From a virus, in the IMG/VR virus record IMGVR_UViG_3300027804_000045, positions 1 through 64,000 of that record: a DNA stretch of 64,000 nucleotides, one strand, 5' to 3'. How positions within the stretch are numbered: the stretch's first letter is position 1; each line of letters begins with the position of its first letter. The translations under genes were made by a program, and so were the position numbers. The notes beneath the pieces were generated by a model. The model saw only the letters and a program-made list of their open reading frames with translations, did not search any database and was not told the origin of the DNA. This document shows, piece after piece, positions 28,594 through 38,891 of the stretch.

Positions 28594-29614
28594 AGTTCTT
28601 GTATGTATCAAAAAGTCTCACGCTTGCGAGATTTTTTGCTTTGCTCTCGCACATGATATCAGCCCACTGCCAGTGTTCGTATGCCCAACGATTCATAGCA
28701 TCATTGTAGAAATAGTCGCTATGGGCGCGTAGTTTCTGTTTATTGTACCCACTTTCCATCAATCGCTGTAGGTCATGTCGTTCGGTTGTATTGCACTCAA
28801 TGACGCCATCTTCGCGTGAGACGCTAAAATGCATAGCAGGGCGCACACCACACCAACTGTCAATAACACGCTTGATACGATCATCATTGGGTTGTATGTA
28901 TTCACCTGTCTTGATCCAATGATGATGAATGTCCAGTACTAGACCCAGATGTCCAGCCAGTTCGAGGGTTGAGTCGAGTCCCCACGACATTTCTTCGTTT
29001 TCGATTGTGATGGCATTTCGTGCTTCGGGGCTGAGTCTTGACATAACTCTTTTGATACCGTCGGGGCCTTGGCGACCACTGATGTGGACATTGATCTTGA
29101 TGTCCTGAAATTGTTTACCGTACCCCATCCAACGGGCCATATCGACATGATATTCAAACTCCTCTATACTCTTATTTACTACCTCAGGACGATCACTAGC
29201 CAAAACGACAAACTGATCAGGGTGAAACGACAGACGAACATCATTGGCTCTAGCGGTCTCACCGATGGGAGCAAACCATCGTGCTAGACTATCCTGTACA
29301 TCCTGACGCTGCCAGAAGTACTTGAATTCGTCCATAGTATAGAACGATAGCATGTCGCTAGTAAGACGAACCATTCGCAAACCTGGCTCTAAACTAGCAA
29401 CACGCTTGACAAGATTGTGGGTATTGACAATATTGCGTTTAGCAACTTCAATCAACTTGTCCTCAACAACTTGCTGTGACTTTTGACGCTTTGCCCATGC
29501 GTGTGTAGTGCCGCCGGTGTTGAACCCGTCAGCACTAGCGATCTCGCCTTTTTTATTGATTTCTGCCCATTTGCAAGCGAAACCAATGCGTTTGATATTA
29601 CTGTTGAATGACAT
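28586..29614 (-). CDS. uvsE: UV-damage endonuclease
   Basis: RIGFACK, RLSFHPDQF, INVH, TIENEE, VLDIHHHW, HFS, AHSD, DIMCESKAK. Confidence 0.93.
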   Translation of the reverse strand: MSFNSNIKRIGFACKWAEINKKGEIASADGFNTGGTTHAWAKRQKSQQVVEDKLIEVAKRNIVNTHNLVKRVASLEPGLRMVRLTSDMLSFYTMDEFKYFWQRQDVQDSLARWFAPIGETARANDVRLSFHPDQFVVLASDRPEVVNKSIEEFEYHVDMARWMGYGKQFQDIKINVHISGRQGPDGIKRVMSRLSPEARNAITIENEEMSWGLDSTLELAGHLGLVLDIHHHWIKTGEYIQPNDDRIKRVIDSWCGVRPAMHFSVSREDGVIECNTTERHDLQRLMESGYNKQKLRAHSDYFYNDAMNRWAYEHWQWADIMCESKAKNLASVRLFDTYKNYV

Positions 29615-29656
29615 ATATGCTAAATACTACTATAACTGATTGGGAATGTCAACATC

Positions 29657-31462
29657 ATGGATATCCGTAAAATTTTAGATATAGTTACTGAAGCAGAAAA
29701 GCCACTAGCAAAGGGCATGAAGGTGTTGAGCCTAGCCCAATTCTTACAACAAAGTGGTGTTGAAGCACCCGAAGGTGAGGATGTAGCAGAAGGCACAGTA
29801 ACCCCTATCAAATCATATCTAGTGATGGCAAGTAGACCAGGAAGAGGTATGTATACAGATGTTGATGTTTTGATCAAGGATACTGGTACAGGTAAGATTG
29901 TTGGACATGTTACAGGTAGAGGTGCTCACCCAAACATGGATAATGAAATGGATATTGCCCACTACGAACTAACATTGAACAAAGATGGCATAGGACCTGA
30001 TCTAAAGAATGGATTTGAATTTGAAGCATATGGTGACCCTCATGAAAGGACAAAAAGAGGTTATCAAGTTTATGCTACAGACAATAGCGGAAAGAATATA
30101 CCAAAGCAAAAACCTAAACCTCGCAGTGATGTTGGACAAAAGGTCGTACAACTACGACCAGAACAACCTAAAAAACCACAAGGTCTATCAGTATTTTCTC
30201 AAGGAAATTTAGAGAAAGCAGCACAAACCGCCCAAGACGATGATAGAGATTATGGTCCAGGCATGGAACTAGTTTCAAATGTTGATTGGTATGCATTTTT
30301 AGAAAAGTTCTTTGGCAAAGAACTATTAGATGTAGATAGTGCTAATGAGATGGGCTATACTGATTGGACAGATAATGGTGATATTGTCTTTACTAGTGGA
30401 GAAGGTACTCCTGATAAAAAGGTAGATGAAGCAGAAAAATTAGGTGGCGTATCAGCAAGAAAACTTCCACCAGAAGAAATGAGAGCATACCTCGACAGAA
30501 TTAGTAAAAAAGAAAAAGAAAAGACAGACAAATATAAACTACCATATATTCATAGCAGCAATATTCCTATCGTCAATGACGATGGTCAGAAGTATGATCT
30601 ACAGAAATTAGCAGCCGCATTTAGCGAACGCCCAAGCAAGATTCTAAAGCAAAATGAAAAGATGCAACACAGTGATGGTACTAGCAGCCAATTCTATAAT
30701 GTTGGCTTACCAGCACTAAAGGGATTAGCGATAGATGAAGATACTGGCGAGTTTGTCGTTATTGATACATGCCCAGGTGCTGGTGCATGTAAACTAGTAT
30801 GCTATGCCATGAAAGGTGGCTATGTACAATGGAAGGCAAGTAGTCTTGGTCAAACAAAACTATTGAACTTCTTATATAATGATCCAGATGGATTCATGGG
30901 TATGTTAGAAAGTGAGATTATTGGTTATGAAGCAAAGAACAAGAAAAAGAATATCAAGACAATTATACGCTGGCATGATGCTGGTGACTTCTTTAGCCCG
31001 CAATATCTAGCAAAAGCATTTGATCTAGCGAAGAAATTCCCAGATGTTGATTTCTATGCTTACACTAAATTAGCAGGTGTGGCACAGGGCGAAAAACCAG
31101 ACAACTTCAAAATCAATTTCAGTGCTGGCGCACAGCCAAGTCAAGAAAAGAAGATTGACTTTCAAAAAACAAAGAATAGTCGTATCGTTCCTAAAGAACT
31201 ATTCAGTGACGCACTTGAGAAAGATAAGAGTGGCAAGTGGCAATATACAAGCCCACAAGCAGAAAAGGCTGTCAAAGATCGTATGGCTATCAAGTATAGT
31301 CTAGATCCAAAATCAGTTATCACTTATGATGAGATGATGAAGATTCCAGTTGATAAAAGCCCCGATGCTAAAGGCAAGTATAATGTTATCGTCAAGCCAG
31401 GTGATGGCGATGATGCTGCCAATCGTAATGATGTATTGAGCAGTCTATTGCTTATACACTAA
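29657..31462 (+). CDS. GP88-like Fe-S (radical-SAM-like) protein with long N-terminal extension
   Basis: TCPGAGACKLVCYA, RWHDAGDF, FYAYTK in the C-terminal half; TAAATA upstream. Confidence 0.7.
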   Translation: MDIRKILDIVTEAEKPLAKGMKVLSLAQFLQQSGVEAPEGEDVAEGTVTPIKSYLVMASRPGRGMYTDVDVLIKDTGTGKIVGHVTGRGAHPNMDNEMDIAHYELTLNKDGIGPDLKNGFEFEAYGDPHERTKRGYQVYATDNSGKNIPKQKPKPRSDVGQKVVQLRPEQPKKPQGLSVFSQGNLEKAAQTAQDDDRDYGPGMELVSNVDWYAFLEKFFGKELLDVDSANEMGYTDWTDNGDIVFTSGEGTPDKKVDEAEKLGGVSARKLPPEEMRAYLDRISKKEKEKTDKYKLPYIHSSNIPIVNDDGQKYDLQKLAAAFSERPSKILKQNEKMQHSDGTSSQFYNVGLPALKGLAIDEDTGEFVVIDTCPGAGACKLVCYAMKGGYVQWKASSLGQTKLLNFLYNDPDGFMGMLESEIIGYEAKNKKKNIKTIIRWHDAGDFFSPQYLAKAFDLAKKFPDVDFYAYTKLAGVAQGEKPDNFKINFSAGAQPSQEKKIDFQKTKNSRIVPKELFSDALEKDKSGKWQYTSPQAEKAVKDRMAIKYSLDPKSVITYDEMMKIPVDKSPDAKGKYNVIVKPGDGDDAANRNDVLSSLLLIH

Positions 31463-32288
31463 CTTTTAGCAGATCCTTGAAGTCATACATGTGTTTCATG
31501 TAACTACCAGGATTGGCTAATACGCTAACGGCAGGATCGCCTTTCTTTCTTGGTCCAATCAATACTTCAAAGTTTGTTTGGTTGACGATCTTGAACATCT
31601 CTACCATGTCGCGCACACTCTTACCTACACCATGGCCTAAGTTCTCTAATCCATTTGCTGGCTGCTCAACAGCCATCATCAATGCGTTACATATTTCATA
31701 AACATGTACATAGTCACGCACACAAGTACCGTCTGGTGTATCATAGTCATCACCGTGAATAGTAAATGTACCAGTATCCTTTGCCTTGATCAATGCTGAT
31801 AGTAAGCCATCTGGGTTTGTGGGTTGTATACCATCCATGCCAACAACATTGTAGAATCTAAACATAGTATAATCTTGTGGCTTATGTTTGGTACAATATT
31901 CTACTACACAGTCCTCGCTAGCTCTTTTGCTAATACTATATGGGTTAGCGCATAGACTTGCTTGCCCAGTGCTAGCATAGATAAAATTCTTTGTTGGAAT
32001 CTTATTCAATACATTCATAGTTCCATTGACATTGGTGATGTAATAGAGTATGGGCATAGTTTCACTCTTCCCAACATTAACTAGTGCGGCTAAGTGTATG
32101 ACAGCATCATATGGATCAGTTTGATCGGGAATAGTGAATAATCTATTGATGTCTACTTTATAGAACTTATCTACAGGTACGATTGGGTCATTGATATCTA
32201 ATCCATGAACCTCATAATTACCCTTCAGCATCTTGCATAGATGACTGCCTATATATCCACTACTTCCTGTTACTAATACCTTTTTCAT
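31452..32288 (-). CDS. galE: NAD-dependent sugar-nucleotide epimerase (UDP-glucose 4-epimerase-like)
   Basis: VTGSSGYIGSH, HLAA, YSISK (YxxxK), DYDTPDGTCVRDYVHV. Confidence 0.88.
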   Translation of the reverse strand: MKKVLVTGSSGYIGSHLCKMLKGNYEVHGLDINDPIVPVDKFYKVDINRLFTIPDQTDPYDAVIHLAALVNVGKSETMPILYYITNVNGTMNVLNKIPTKNFIYASTGQASLCANPYSISKRASEDCVVEYCTKHKPQDYTMFRFYNVVGMDGIQPTNPDGLLSALIKAKDTGTFTIHGDDYDTPDGTCVRDYVHVYEICNALMMAVEQPANGLENLGHGVGKSVRDMVEMFKIVNQTNFEVLIGPRKKGDPAVSVLANPGSYMKHMYDFKDLLKVSV

Positions 32289-33616
32289 AATCCCTCAAAT
32301 AAGTTTTCATTTTCTACTGGCACAGTAAATGTTGGATCTTTACTCAACCATGTTTCTTTATCTGTATATATGATTGTATATCTGTGCCTGTTAGATAGTA
32401 CGCTTTTGACATCATCGATACAAATCTGTGACCTATTCAAACTTTCAACGTAATCGCTATACTTTATTGTACTATGTGATAATATTCCTGCTGTAGTATT
32501 ATTACTGATTTTTGGTTTAAAGTCTTTGAAACATTCGCTATACTTGTGAAATATACCATCTTCTAAAAACTGTTGTGTCTTTAGCACGCCTTCACTATAA
32601 TACTTTTCCGGCTTGTCATACTTAGTGTATAGTTCAGACACAATTTTTGCCATGTTCTTTTTATTACAAGTGTAATAATGCTTCTTGTCAAAGTTATGTG
32701 TCCAGCGCATGTTTTCTAATGCTACAGTTGGCATGTGTAGTTGCTGTTCAAGAAACGCAATGCCGTAACTTTCTACAGTGCTTGGATTGAATGCTACACG
32801 ACAACTTGTGATGAAATCAATCTTTTCTTGCCCGACTACATCATAAGTGATCTTATAATCAGTGATTCCCAGATCACTAAACTTCTTTTCAAACTTCTTA
32901 GCACCATTGTTGCTTGTAATAATTCTTGCTGGTAATCCAGTTTGCTTGATCAACTCAAGATATAGTTCTGGGTTCTTACCCTCTTCCCAACGACCAATAA
33001 ACAATACTCCTTCACGGTCATTATTATATTCAGTCAATAAATTTCGTTCAGGTAATGGTATAGGTAAGTGATATGATCCTTCAATCTGTAATCTATTATA
33101 GTTGCTTTGTGTACCTATATAGATGCTCGGCAATTGTAGCTGTAATCGCATCATATCATTGACACTATCTAAGAATGGATTCTTTGTATCTTTAAATAAC
33201 TGACTTTCTAAGTGGGTATAGGCAATGACCTGAATATAGTTTTCTAATCCTAGCGTACTAGCAACTTGTACAGCTTCATATGGATTACAGATGAAAACTT
33301 CATATAGATTTTTTCTTAATGCTTTGATGATACTTTCACGGAAGTTAGCCATGCGCTCATAGTTATAACTATCTCCATACATGAATATGTTTCTATGCTT
33401 GGCATAACTATATGCTTCATCAGGATAAATGACATTTGTATTCAGTAATTCAACGAATTCTTTATTATGCGGAACTGTATCAGTGATGATATCAACTTTA
33501 ATATTGTGGGCGGTCATAATTTCAATAAAACTTTTAGCATACTGACCTACACCGCCAGTCGCTTTCAAGTGTTCGCTACTCATGATGAACCCTATTCTTT
33601 TACTATAATTTCTCAT
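32285..33616 (-). CDS. GT-B glycosyltransferase (GT4-like) B
   Basis: GGVG N-terminal loop, LFIGRWEEGKN, PSTVESYGIAFLE. Confidence 0.85.
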   Translation of the reverse strand: MRNYSKRIGFIMSSEHLKATGGVGQYAKSFIEIMTAHNIKVDIITDTVPHNKEFVELLNTNVIYPDEAYSYAKHRNIFMYGDSYNYERMANFRESIIKALRKNLYEVFICNPYEAVQVASTLGLENYIQVIAYTHLESQLFKDTKNPFLDSVNDMMRLQLQLPSIYIGTQSNYNRLQIEGSYHLPIPLPERNLLTEYNNDREGVLFIGRWEEGKNPELYLELIKQTGLPARIITSNNGAKKFEKKFSDLGITDYKITYDVVGQEKIDFITSCRVAFNPSTVESYGIAFLEQQLHMPTVALENMRWTHNFDKKHYYTCNKKNMAKIVSELYTKYDKPEKYYSEGVLKTQQFLEDGIFHKYSECFKDFKPKISNNTTAGILSHSTIKYSDYVESLNRSQICIDDVKSVLSNRHRYTIIYTDKETWLSKDPTFTVPVENENLFEGL

Positions 33617-33963
33617 ATAAAAGTTCTTGCTAATACTAAGCAACTTACTAATACCCATGCTGTATTAAACCACACCATAGTTGGTAATAACTTTTTGTTG
33701 CTTGCCCAAATCAATAAAAGGCTACTGATAAGTGTGATCAAGTAGAACCACCAAACAGTGGTATAGAATAATACTTGCGATACGATGATCGCCATCTTGC
33801 TCAAATAACTAGTTGCTTCGACAAAATTATAATTCGTCCAGTATTTGGGTGATACCCACATTAATAGACATTCTTTTACTTTTTCCCAACCAGTAAGGTA
33901 ATATGTTATACCAGTCAGCACTATACATGCTAAGATTGCTATGCTAATTTGTACTGATGTCAT
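33613..33963 (-). CDS. Multi-pass membrane protein
   Basis: Four hydrophobic segments; KLLPT motif. Confidence 0.6.
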   Translation of the reverse strand: MTSVQISIAILACIVLTGITYYLTGWEKVKECLLMWVSPKYWTNYNFVEATSYLSKMAIIVSQVLFYTTVWWFYLITLISSLLLIWASNKKLLPTMVWFNTAWVLVSCLVLARTFI

Positions 33964-34187
33964 AATTCTCCCTTCAATTTCTTTATTAGGTATGTGTCTC
34001 TGTCTACCCAAGTATATACTTTATAGATATCTTGATAATCATATTCCTCAGTTTCAACTTTGTATGCCTTTTTCAACCATAACAATTTATCACTACAAGC
34101 ACATCGTCTAGGTAGCCAGCAAATTTTCAATGTCGCTTTCAAAGTGAAAATATGTGGATTTGGAATTTTTTCAACATAGAATGGCAA
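33960..34187 (-). CDS. Small hypothetical protein
   Basis: WLPRRC..S.K.LWLK.AY motif. Confidence 0.55.
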   Translation of the reverse strand: MPFYVEKIPNPHIFTLKATLKICWLPRRCACSDKLLWLKKAYKVETEEYDYQDIYKVYTWVDRDTYLIKKLKGEL

Positions 34188-35051
34188 TCATGTACCCCAA
34201 GCATTCTTGAACAATGGCACTTGAATTCTATCGCTGTATCGTAGTCCATGCTTCATAGCAAGTTCTGCTACTGTGCGATTGTTTAGGCTGTATACACTTT
34301 CAACACCGCCTACTGGCATTAGATAAACATTACCAGTAAAGCCCACGCTACGATATATTTTTATTACCTCTAGTGCCTCTGTACAATCTTCATGTGATGC
34401 AATCACAAACTTTAGATATGTATGGCCTATATCTTGATAACCACATACAACTTCGGGTCGTATTGCTTCTTCTCTCTTCTCTCCGCTCACGCTTAGTTTT
34501 GCGCTTACACTGAATGTCACACTATCATATCCTCGTGTTAGATGCCAGTTCTTATCTTCCTGCCAACTTACAAGATATTCTGCTAGGTCTTTAGATAATT
34601 CTTGTGTACCATTCGTTTCAAAAGTAATCTCTTTGAGATTGTGCATCAATTCATGGTCAAGTAAATCCGGATAACTGCGCTGCCAACCTAGCAATGGCTC
34701 ACCACCTGTGATAACCAAATGTTCATCATTCCACTCTTTATATGGCAATATGTCAACAATATTTTCTGCTAGTTCATCTGTACTATATGTAGGGCTGAGT
34801 TTCTTGAAACGTACATCCCAACTTGCGTAACTATCACAACCAGTACTGACTAATGGCAATTCTTTATAGTCTTTATAATCTTTGGGGTTTACCTTGTGTC
34901 TCTCTTGCGACTTCTCGCCTCGTTTCATTCCAAAGCCATCGCAAGTGAAATTACAACCAAACGTGCGTAAGAACACGCTAGGCACGCCCATGTAACGTCC
35001 TTCACCTTGAATGCTATAGAATAGTTCGCTGACCTTGATTGACTTCTTCAT
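34188..35051 (-). CDS. queE: 7-carboxy-7-deazaguanine synthase (radical SAM)
   Basis: ELFYSIQGEG, FLRTFGCNFTC...GCDS, ITGGEPLL, FETNGT, SAK. Confidence 0.92.
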   Translation of the reverse strand: MKKSIKVSELFYSIQGEGRYMGVPSVFLRTFGCNFTCDGFGMKRGEKSQERHKVNPKDYKDYKELPLVSTGCDSYASWDVRFKKLSPTYSTDELAENIVDILPYKEWNDEHLVITGGEPLLGWQRSYPDLLDHELMHNLKEITFETNGTQELSKDLAEYLVSWQEDKNWHLTRGYDSVTFSVSAKLSVSGEKREEAIRPEVVCGYQDIGHTYLKFVIASHEDCTEALEVIKIYRSVGFTGNVYLMPVGGVESVYSLNNRTVAELAMKHGLRYSDRIQVPLFKNAWGT

Positions 35052-35439
35052 TCAGATACCTTAGTAATTCTTTGTCTGTAGGTTGTACGTTATAGTTTTG
35101 TTTATAAAATATCTCATAACTATCGCTACCATACTTACCAATACCATACAACATATTAGCATCTACTTTGTCCCAAGTCAAGTAATCACGGCTCATACCG
35201 CGCAATCTCTTCTCCCTGATATTATACATACCGAGGGGCTTGATGATATCTATAACTTGTTCTGGTGTACTATTTAGGAGACTTTTTGCGTTTGGAAACT
35301 TTTTTAGGAACTTTGGAAGCACGTACTTTACTGGCTTTCTTCCTGTCTGGTTTAGCATTATCACTCCGACCATGTGTTCCCACTCGTTCTTTACTTGCTG
35401 TTGGACCATCAGATCGTCTCTTAGTGCTTTTACTTTCAA
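35014..35439 (-). CDS. MBD4-like HhH-GPD DNA glycosylase
   Basis: W......IMLNQT, PLG....R, LYGIGKYGSDSY.IF, P.DKEL. Confidence 0.85.
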   Translation of the reverse strand: MKVKALRDDLMVQQQVKNEWEHMVGVIMLNQTGRKPVKYVLPKFLKKFPNAKSLLNSTPEQVIDIIKPLGMYNIREKRLRGMSRDYLTWDKVDANMLYGIGKYGSDSYEIFYKQNYNVQPTDKELLRYLNEEVNQGQRTIL

Positions 35440-35604
35440 TTTGTTTCTCCCTTATTTTTAGTGTACCATCAACTATACCATACTCTGTAGTCTCAGTTAC
35501 CAATTGGTAACCATTGAAAACTACTATTTTTTCAGTGGTTTCACGCGCCAGAAAATCTCTGAACTCACAAAGACTATTCCATTTTAGTTTTTTAGGTGTG
35601 TATA

Positions 35605-35913
35605 TCATAGCCAGCGTAGTTTATACCAGTTTACTTCTTTATCGCTTTTTAGATATAATCTAACACGATAACTGTCAGTAGTCCAAGCCCAAACTTTAGT
35701 TTCATCTATTGCTAAAAAATGTAGCTCACTACTAGGGCCAAATGTTTCCCAACACCAATTACGTATTTGTTTGAATTGTTCTCGTTGAATATAATTAAAG
35801 TCTATACGATATTGAAAAACTTCATTACCGGTAAATCTACCGTCTAAGAGTTTTGGTTCCGGAATAGCAGGATTACTAAAGAAAGTTCTATTAGTAATTG
35901 TTCTTTTTTTCAT
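35605..35913 (-). CDS. Small hypothetical protein (WC...FG...W / FxLRW family)
   Basis: RNWCWETFGPS...WAW...WYKLRWL. Confidence 0.6.
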   Translation of the reverse strand: MKKRTITNRTFFSNPAIPEPKLLDGRFTGNEVFQYRIDFNYIQREQFKQIRNWCWETFGPSSELHFLAIDETKVWAWTTDSYRVRLYLKSDKEVNWYKLRWL

Positions 35914-36128
35914 ACCCATGTTAACACGAACCACTCATAATCTTTAATATGTCTAAATCTTATAGTAAACAATCTATCGCCGTTTAGCGACCAAATAGTA
36001 TGTTTTCTATGTCCCGGGATGTTTTTTTGTAGCCACATCATCAATTCTTCAAATTGTTCATCTGATTTTACTTTGAAACTTGCTGTATACCAGTTGCGTT
36101 TATAATTATCCCACTTAGATGGATTCAT
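35910..36128 (-). CDS. Small hypothetical protein
   Basis: Ends RF...KDYEWFVLTWV; similar architecture to its neighbour. Confidence 0.55.
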   Translation of the reverse strand: MNPSKWDNYKRNWYTASFKVKSDEQFEELMMWLQKNIPGHRKHTIWSLNGDRLFTIRFRHIKDYEWFVLTWV

Positions 36129-36888
36129 TTGGGTAAGGATCTATAACTTCGTTTTTTGTCATGTAATTATAGAATTTTTCGGCTATCTGTTTATGACCTA
36201 ACAACGTAGGATGTGAAGTCATTTCTACTCCCATACTGTTAATACTATAGAAACGCTTGTCATCACCACCAAACCAATTAAACTTTTTAACAAAATCCAT
36301 TTGCATTTTATCAAAATAAATTGTAGGATTAGCCATGCTTGAAAACAAATACCTTATATTATATTTTTCAAAAAACATACCCAATAGATTGATTTGTTGA
36401 AACCACAGCGCAGCCCAAAATTTATTATTAAATGTTTTATAATAACTTTCTAGAAACTGTTTGTCTATCTCGTCGGGACTGTCCCATGAAGGCCAATTAG
36501 GTATATCTCTTTCTCTAATAGTTTGATTTTGATTTACTAAAGTCCAACAGTCGTAATATTCGCTGAAATATTCTATCCTAGCAGGACCTGACCATTGTAT
36601 TACTGCTATCCATTCTGACATATCTTCATTGTTGTGAATTTTCGGTAGGAAAAAATCTAAAGTTTTACGGGCTATTCTATAATTGGAGCCACAACCCATG
36701 CTCTGATTATGAAATTCTGTACATGAAAATAAATCAGATAGATGCTTTGGCCAAGTCACACTTAAGCGCCATTTATTCAATTCTGTATCACAAGTATCAT
36801 TTAATAATTGGCCAGTATATTCATCGTGAAGTGTTTTTATTAGGTCGCCACCCCAGGTGAAACTACAACCATTGGCATATAATTTCAT
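36115..36888 (-). CDS. SGNH-hydrolase-like protein
   Basis: NGCSFTWG, GCGSN.RI, IQWS, HPT..GH. Confidence 0.7.
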   Translation of the reverse strand: MKLYANGCSFTWGGDLIKTLHDEYTGQLLNDTCDTELNKWRLSVTWPKHLSDLFSCTEFHNQSMGCGSNYRIARKTLDFFLPKIHNNEDMSEWIAVIQWSGPARIEYFSEYYDCWTLVNQNQTIRERDIPNWPSWDSPDEIDKQFLESYYKTFNNKFWAALWFQQINLLGMFFEKYNIRYLFSSMANPTIYFDKMQMDFVKKFNWFGGDDKRFYSINSMGVEMTSHPTLLGHKQIAEKFYNYMTKNEVIDPYPNESI

Positions 36889-37346
36889 ACTCTATCGTCC
36901 ATTTCTTTCTTTATCCAACTATGCAAATTTTTATTTGCTTCTGCCTCGATGACACGTTCGCGTAATTCTGTAGTGCTGAAACTATGCTTACGTTTATTGA
37001 AATGAAATTTCATACCCATATCAATGCAAACTTCACGACCAGTAAAGTCACGATGTTCATATTCTTCACCTAGTATACGTATATTGATAGGATATGCTAA
37101 TAATATGTCAATCAATTCTTTTTCAGTGGCATAGACAACGATTTCGTCTACATACTTGCAAGCCTGTAATTGTGTGTACCTTTCAAATACGCTTTGCACA
37201 GGGCTATTTTTAGTAGGTCTATCAATAGTAGGATCAGTCTGTAGCCCTACGATGAGATAATCACAGACCTTCTTTGCATCTTTCAACATTAATATATGAC
37301 CTGCGTGAAACAGATCAAATGTTGCGCAAGTGAAGCCTACAGTCAT
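36885..37346 (-). CDS. tagD: Glycerol-3-phosphate cytidylyltransferase-like protein 1
   Basis: TFDLFHAGH (HxGH), DYLIVGLQ, YVDEI, RKHSFSTTELR. Confidence 0.85.
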   Translation of the reverse strand: MTVGFTCATFDLFHAGHILMLKDAKKVCDYLIVGLQTDPTIDRPTKNSPVQSVFERYTQLQACKYVDEIVVYATEKELIDILLAYPINIRILGEEYEHRDFTGREVCIDMGMKFHFNKRKHSFSTTELRERVIEAEANKNLHSWIKKEMDDRV

Positions 37347-37816
37347 GTAGTCACCCACCATTCTTCCCAGGGGAATACGCACCATTCTGGATTTTCAAAT
37401 TTGTTAATTGCTAATCCATAGTAATCAACACTCTCATCGCTAGCTTCATTGTGTATACAGGTAGCAAATCTTACATTATGTCCCCAAACATTAGACCATT
37501 TGTCATCGTTAGGTAAGCAACTACTACGCCAGTCTTTTTTAATTTGACCTATGGTAAATCCTGTATCATTGATATCGTCAATCACAAGGATATTCTTACC
37601 ATTAAATGCATCTTCTGACATCCAACAATTAGTCTCGTCTTTACCTAAAGCATTCATAGGGATGTCAAGATAATGACTAAGTTTAACAGCAGGAACTAAT
37701 CCACCTCTCGTCACGCCAACAATATATTCAGGACGAAAATCATCCCTATACATTTGCCTTGCTATATTTAATATATAACTATTGATTTGTGCCGGGGTGT
37801 AATAAACTCTTTTCAT
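37343..37816 (-). CDS. Purine phosphoribosyltransferase (Gpt-like)
   Basis: VGVTRGGLVPA, PRPP motif ILVIDDINDTGFT, W..FPWE. Confidence 0.88.
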   Translation of the reverse strand: MKRVYYTPAQINSYILNIARQMYRDDFRPEYIVGVTRGGLVPAVKLSHYLDIPMNALGKDETNCWMSEDAFNGKNILVIDDINDTGFTIGQIKKDWRSSCLPNDDKWSNVWGHNVRFATCIHNEASDESVDYYGLAINKFENPEWCVFPWEEWWVTT

Positions 37817-37817
37817 A

Positions 37818-38309
37818 TCATCCTTCGTATATGGCACTATTACTGTCATGCTCAAATACCTCTACACTTTTTACACGAACTTGTCCATTCACGATGATGC
37901 CTGGAGTCGCTTTCATTTCTTCAATGATCTCAGCCATCTTTTTGTATGCCATCTCAGCAAATTTTTCACAGCCTACTGCTGGAACGATGCGTAGATCAAG
38001 TATGCCTAGATCCTTGTAGCCACCTTTGATCTCAGCAAGTCTCTTAAATGTTTCAAGTTCTGGATCATCTTCAGCGACAAGCGTAGTATGATCAAACATA
38101 TATTCAGCCCATTGTTTGAACTTCTTTAGCCCGCCAAAGTCCATAACCCAGTTACGACAATCAAGTGTTTCCGCCTCAAAGACTAAACGTATGCCAATGC
38201 TGTATCCATGTATGAGGCTACAGTGGCTATGTGTGCTGCGCCATTGACGGAACGCGCAACTCAAGCCACGATCATTGCCATATGTCTTTGTGCTGTAATA
38301 CTTAGCCAT
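37818..38309 (-). CDS. queD: 6-carboxy-5,6,7,8-tetrahydropterin synthase
   Basis: CAFRQW...SHCSLIHGY, WVMDFGG, FDHT, GCEKFA, VFEH..NSA. Confidence 0.9.
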   Translation of the reverse strand: MAKYYSTKTYGNDRGLSCAFRQWRSTHSHCSLIHGYSIGIRLVFEAETLDCRNWVMDFGGLKKFKQWAEYMFDHTTLVAEDDPELETFKRLAEIKGGYKDLGILDLRIVPAVGCEKFAEMAYKKMAEIIEEMKATPGIIVNGQVRVKSVEVFEHDSNSAIYEG

Positions 38310-38465
38310 TCTTGTTCTCGTATTCTTCAGCAATCTTGTTCTTTAATGTTTCAAATAACGGATCCAATGCTATACTAGGATTTAATTCTAGTTCGGTATC
38401 AGTGATACAATTCTTGTCATAAATCACTACTACCTTATCACCCTTATTATTTTCAAATGTTAACT

Positions 38466-38891
38466 TCATGTTGGTTCCCCTACAAATATTTTTGCCTGCT
38501 CTTTTACCATATTGAGCATGTTATATGCACCATTACGGCGATTCATGCTTAGTATATTACCTAAATCAAGTTCTGTCATCAGATTACGGTCATTCTCAAC
38601 GATATCTTTTGGACTGCTGCCACTATAGATATCGCTGACTAATGACACTGTGCCCTTCACGATAGCTGCATCACTATCACATAGATACTGAATAGTGCCA
38701 TTTTCATATTTAGGCACAAGCCATACTTGGCTCATGCACCCATGCACCTTGAAATTTTCTAATCTAAACTCTTCTGGAAATGGCTTTGCTTTACGTCCTA
38801 AGTCGATAAGGAACTTATAACGTTCAGTATTATCAACAAACATTGATAATATTGTTTTATACTGATCTATCTTTTGATTTATCAACGCCAT
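38466..38891 (-). CDS. sufE: Fe-S cluster assembly sulfur acceptor
   Basis: RYKFLIDLGR, VHGCMSQVWL, DSDAAIVKG, LSMNRRNG. Confidence 0.9.
   Translation of the reverse strand: MALINQKIDQYKTILSMFVDNTERYKFLIDLGRKAKPFPEEFRLENFKVHGCMSQVWLVPKYENGTIQYLCDSDAAIVKGTVSLVSDIYSGSSPKDIVENDRNLMTELDLGNILSMNRRNGAYNMLNMVKEQAKIFVGEPT

Noticed and set aside
35270-35608. Full 112-aa ORF with a basic C-terminal tail overlapping the glycosylase
   Set aside because: The 5' half is probably a real small gene, but the tail overlaps the glycosylase by about 170 nt with no slippery site or motif. Treated as incidental run-on and not called as a feature.
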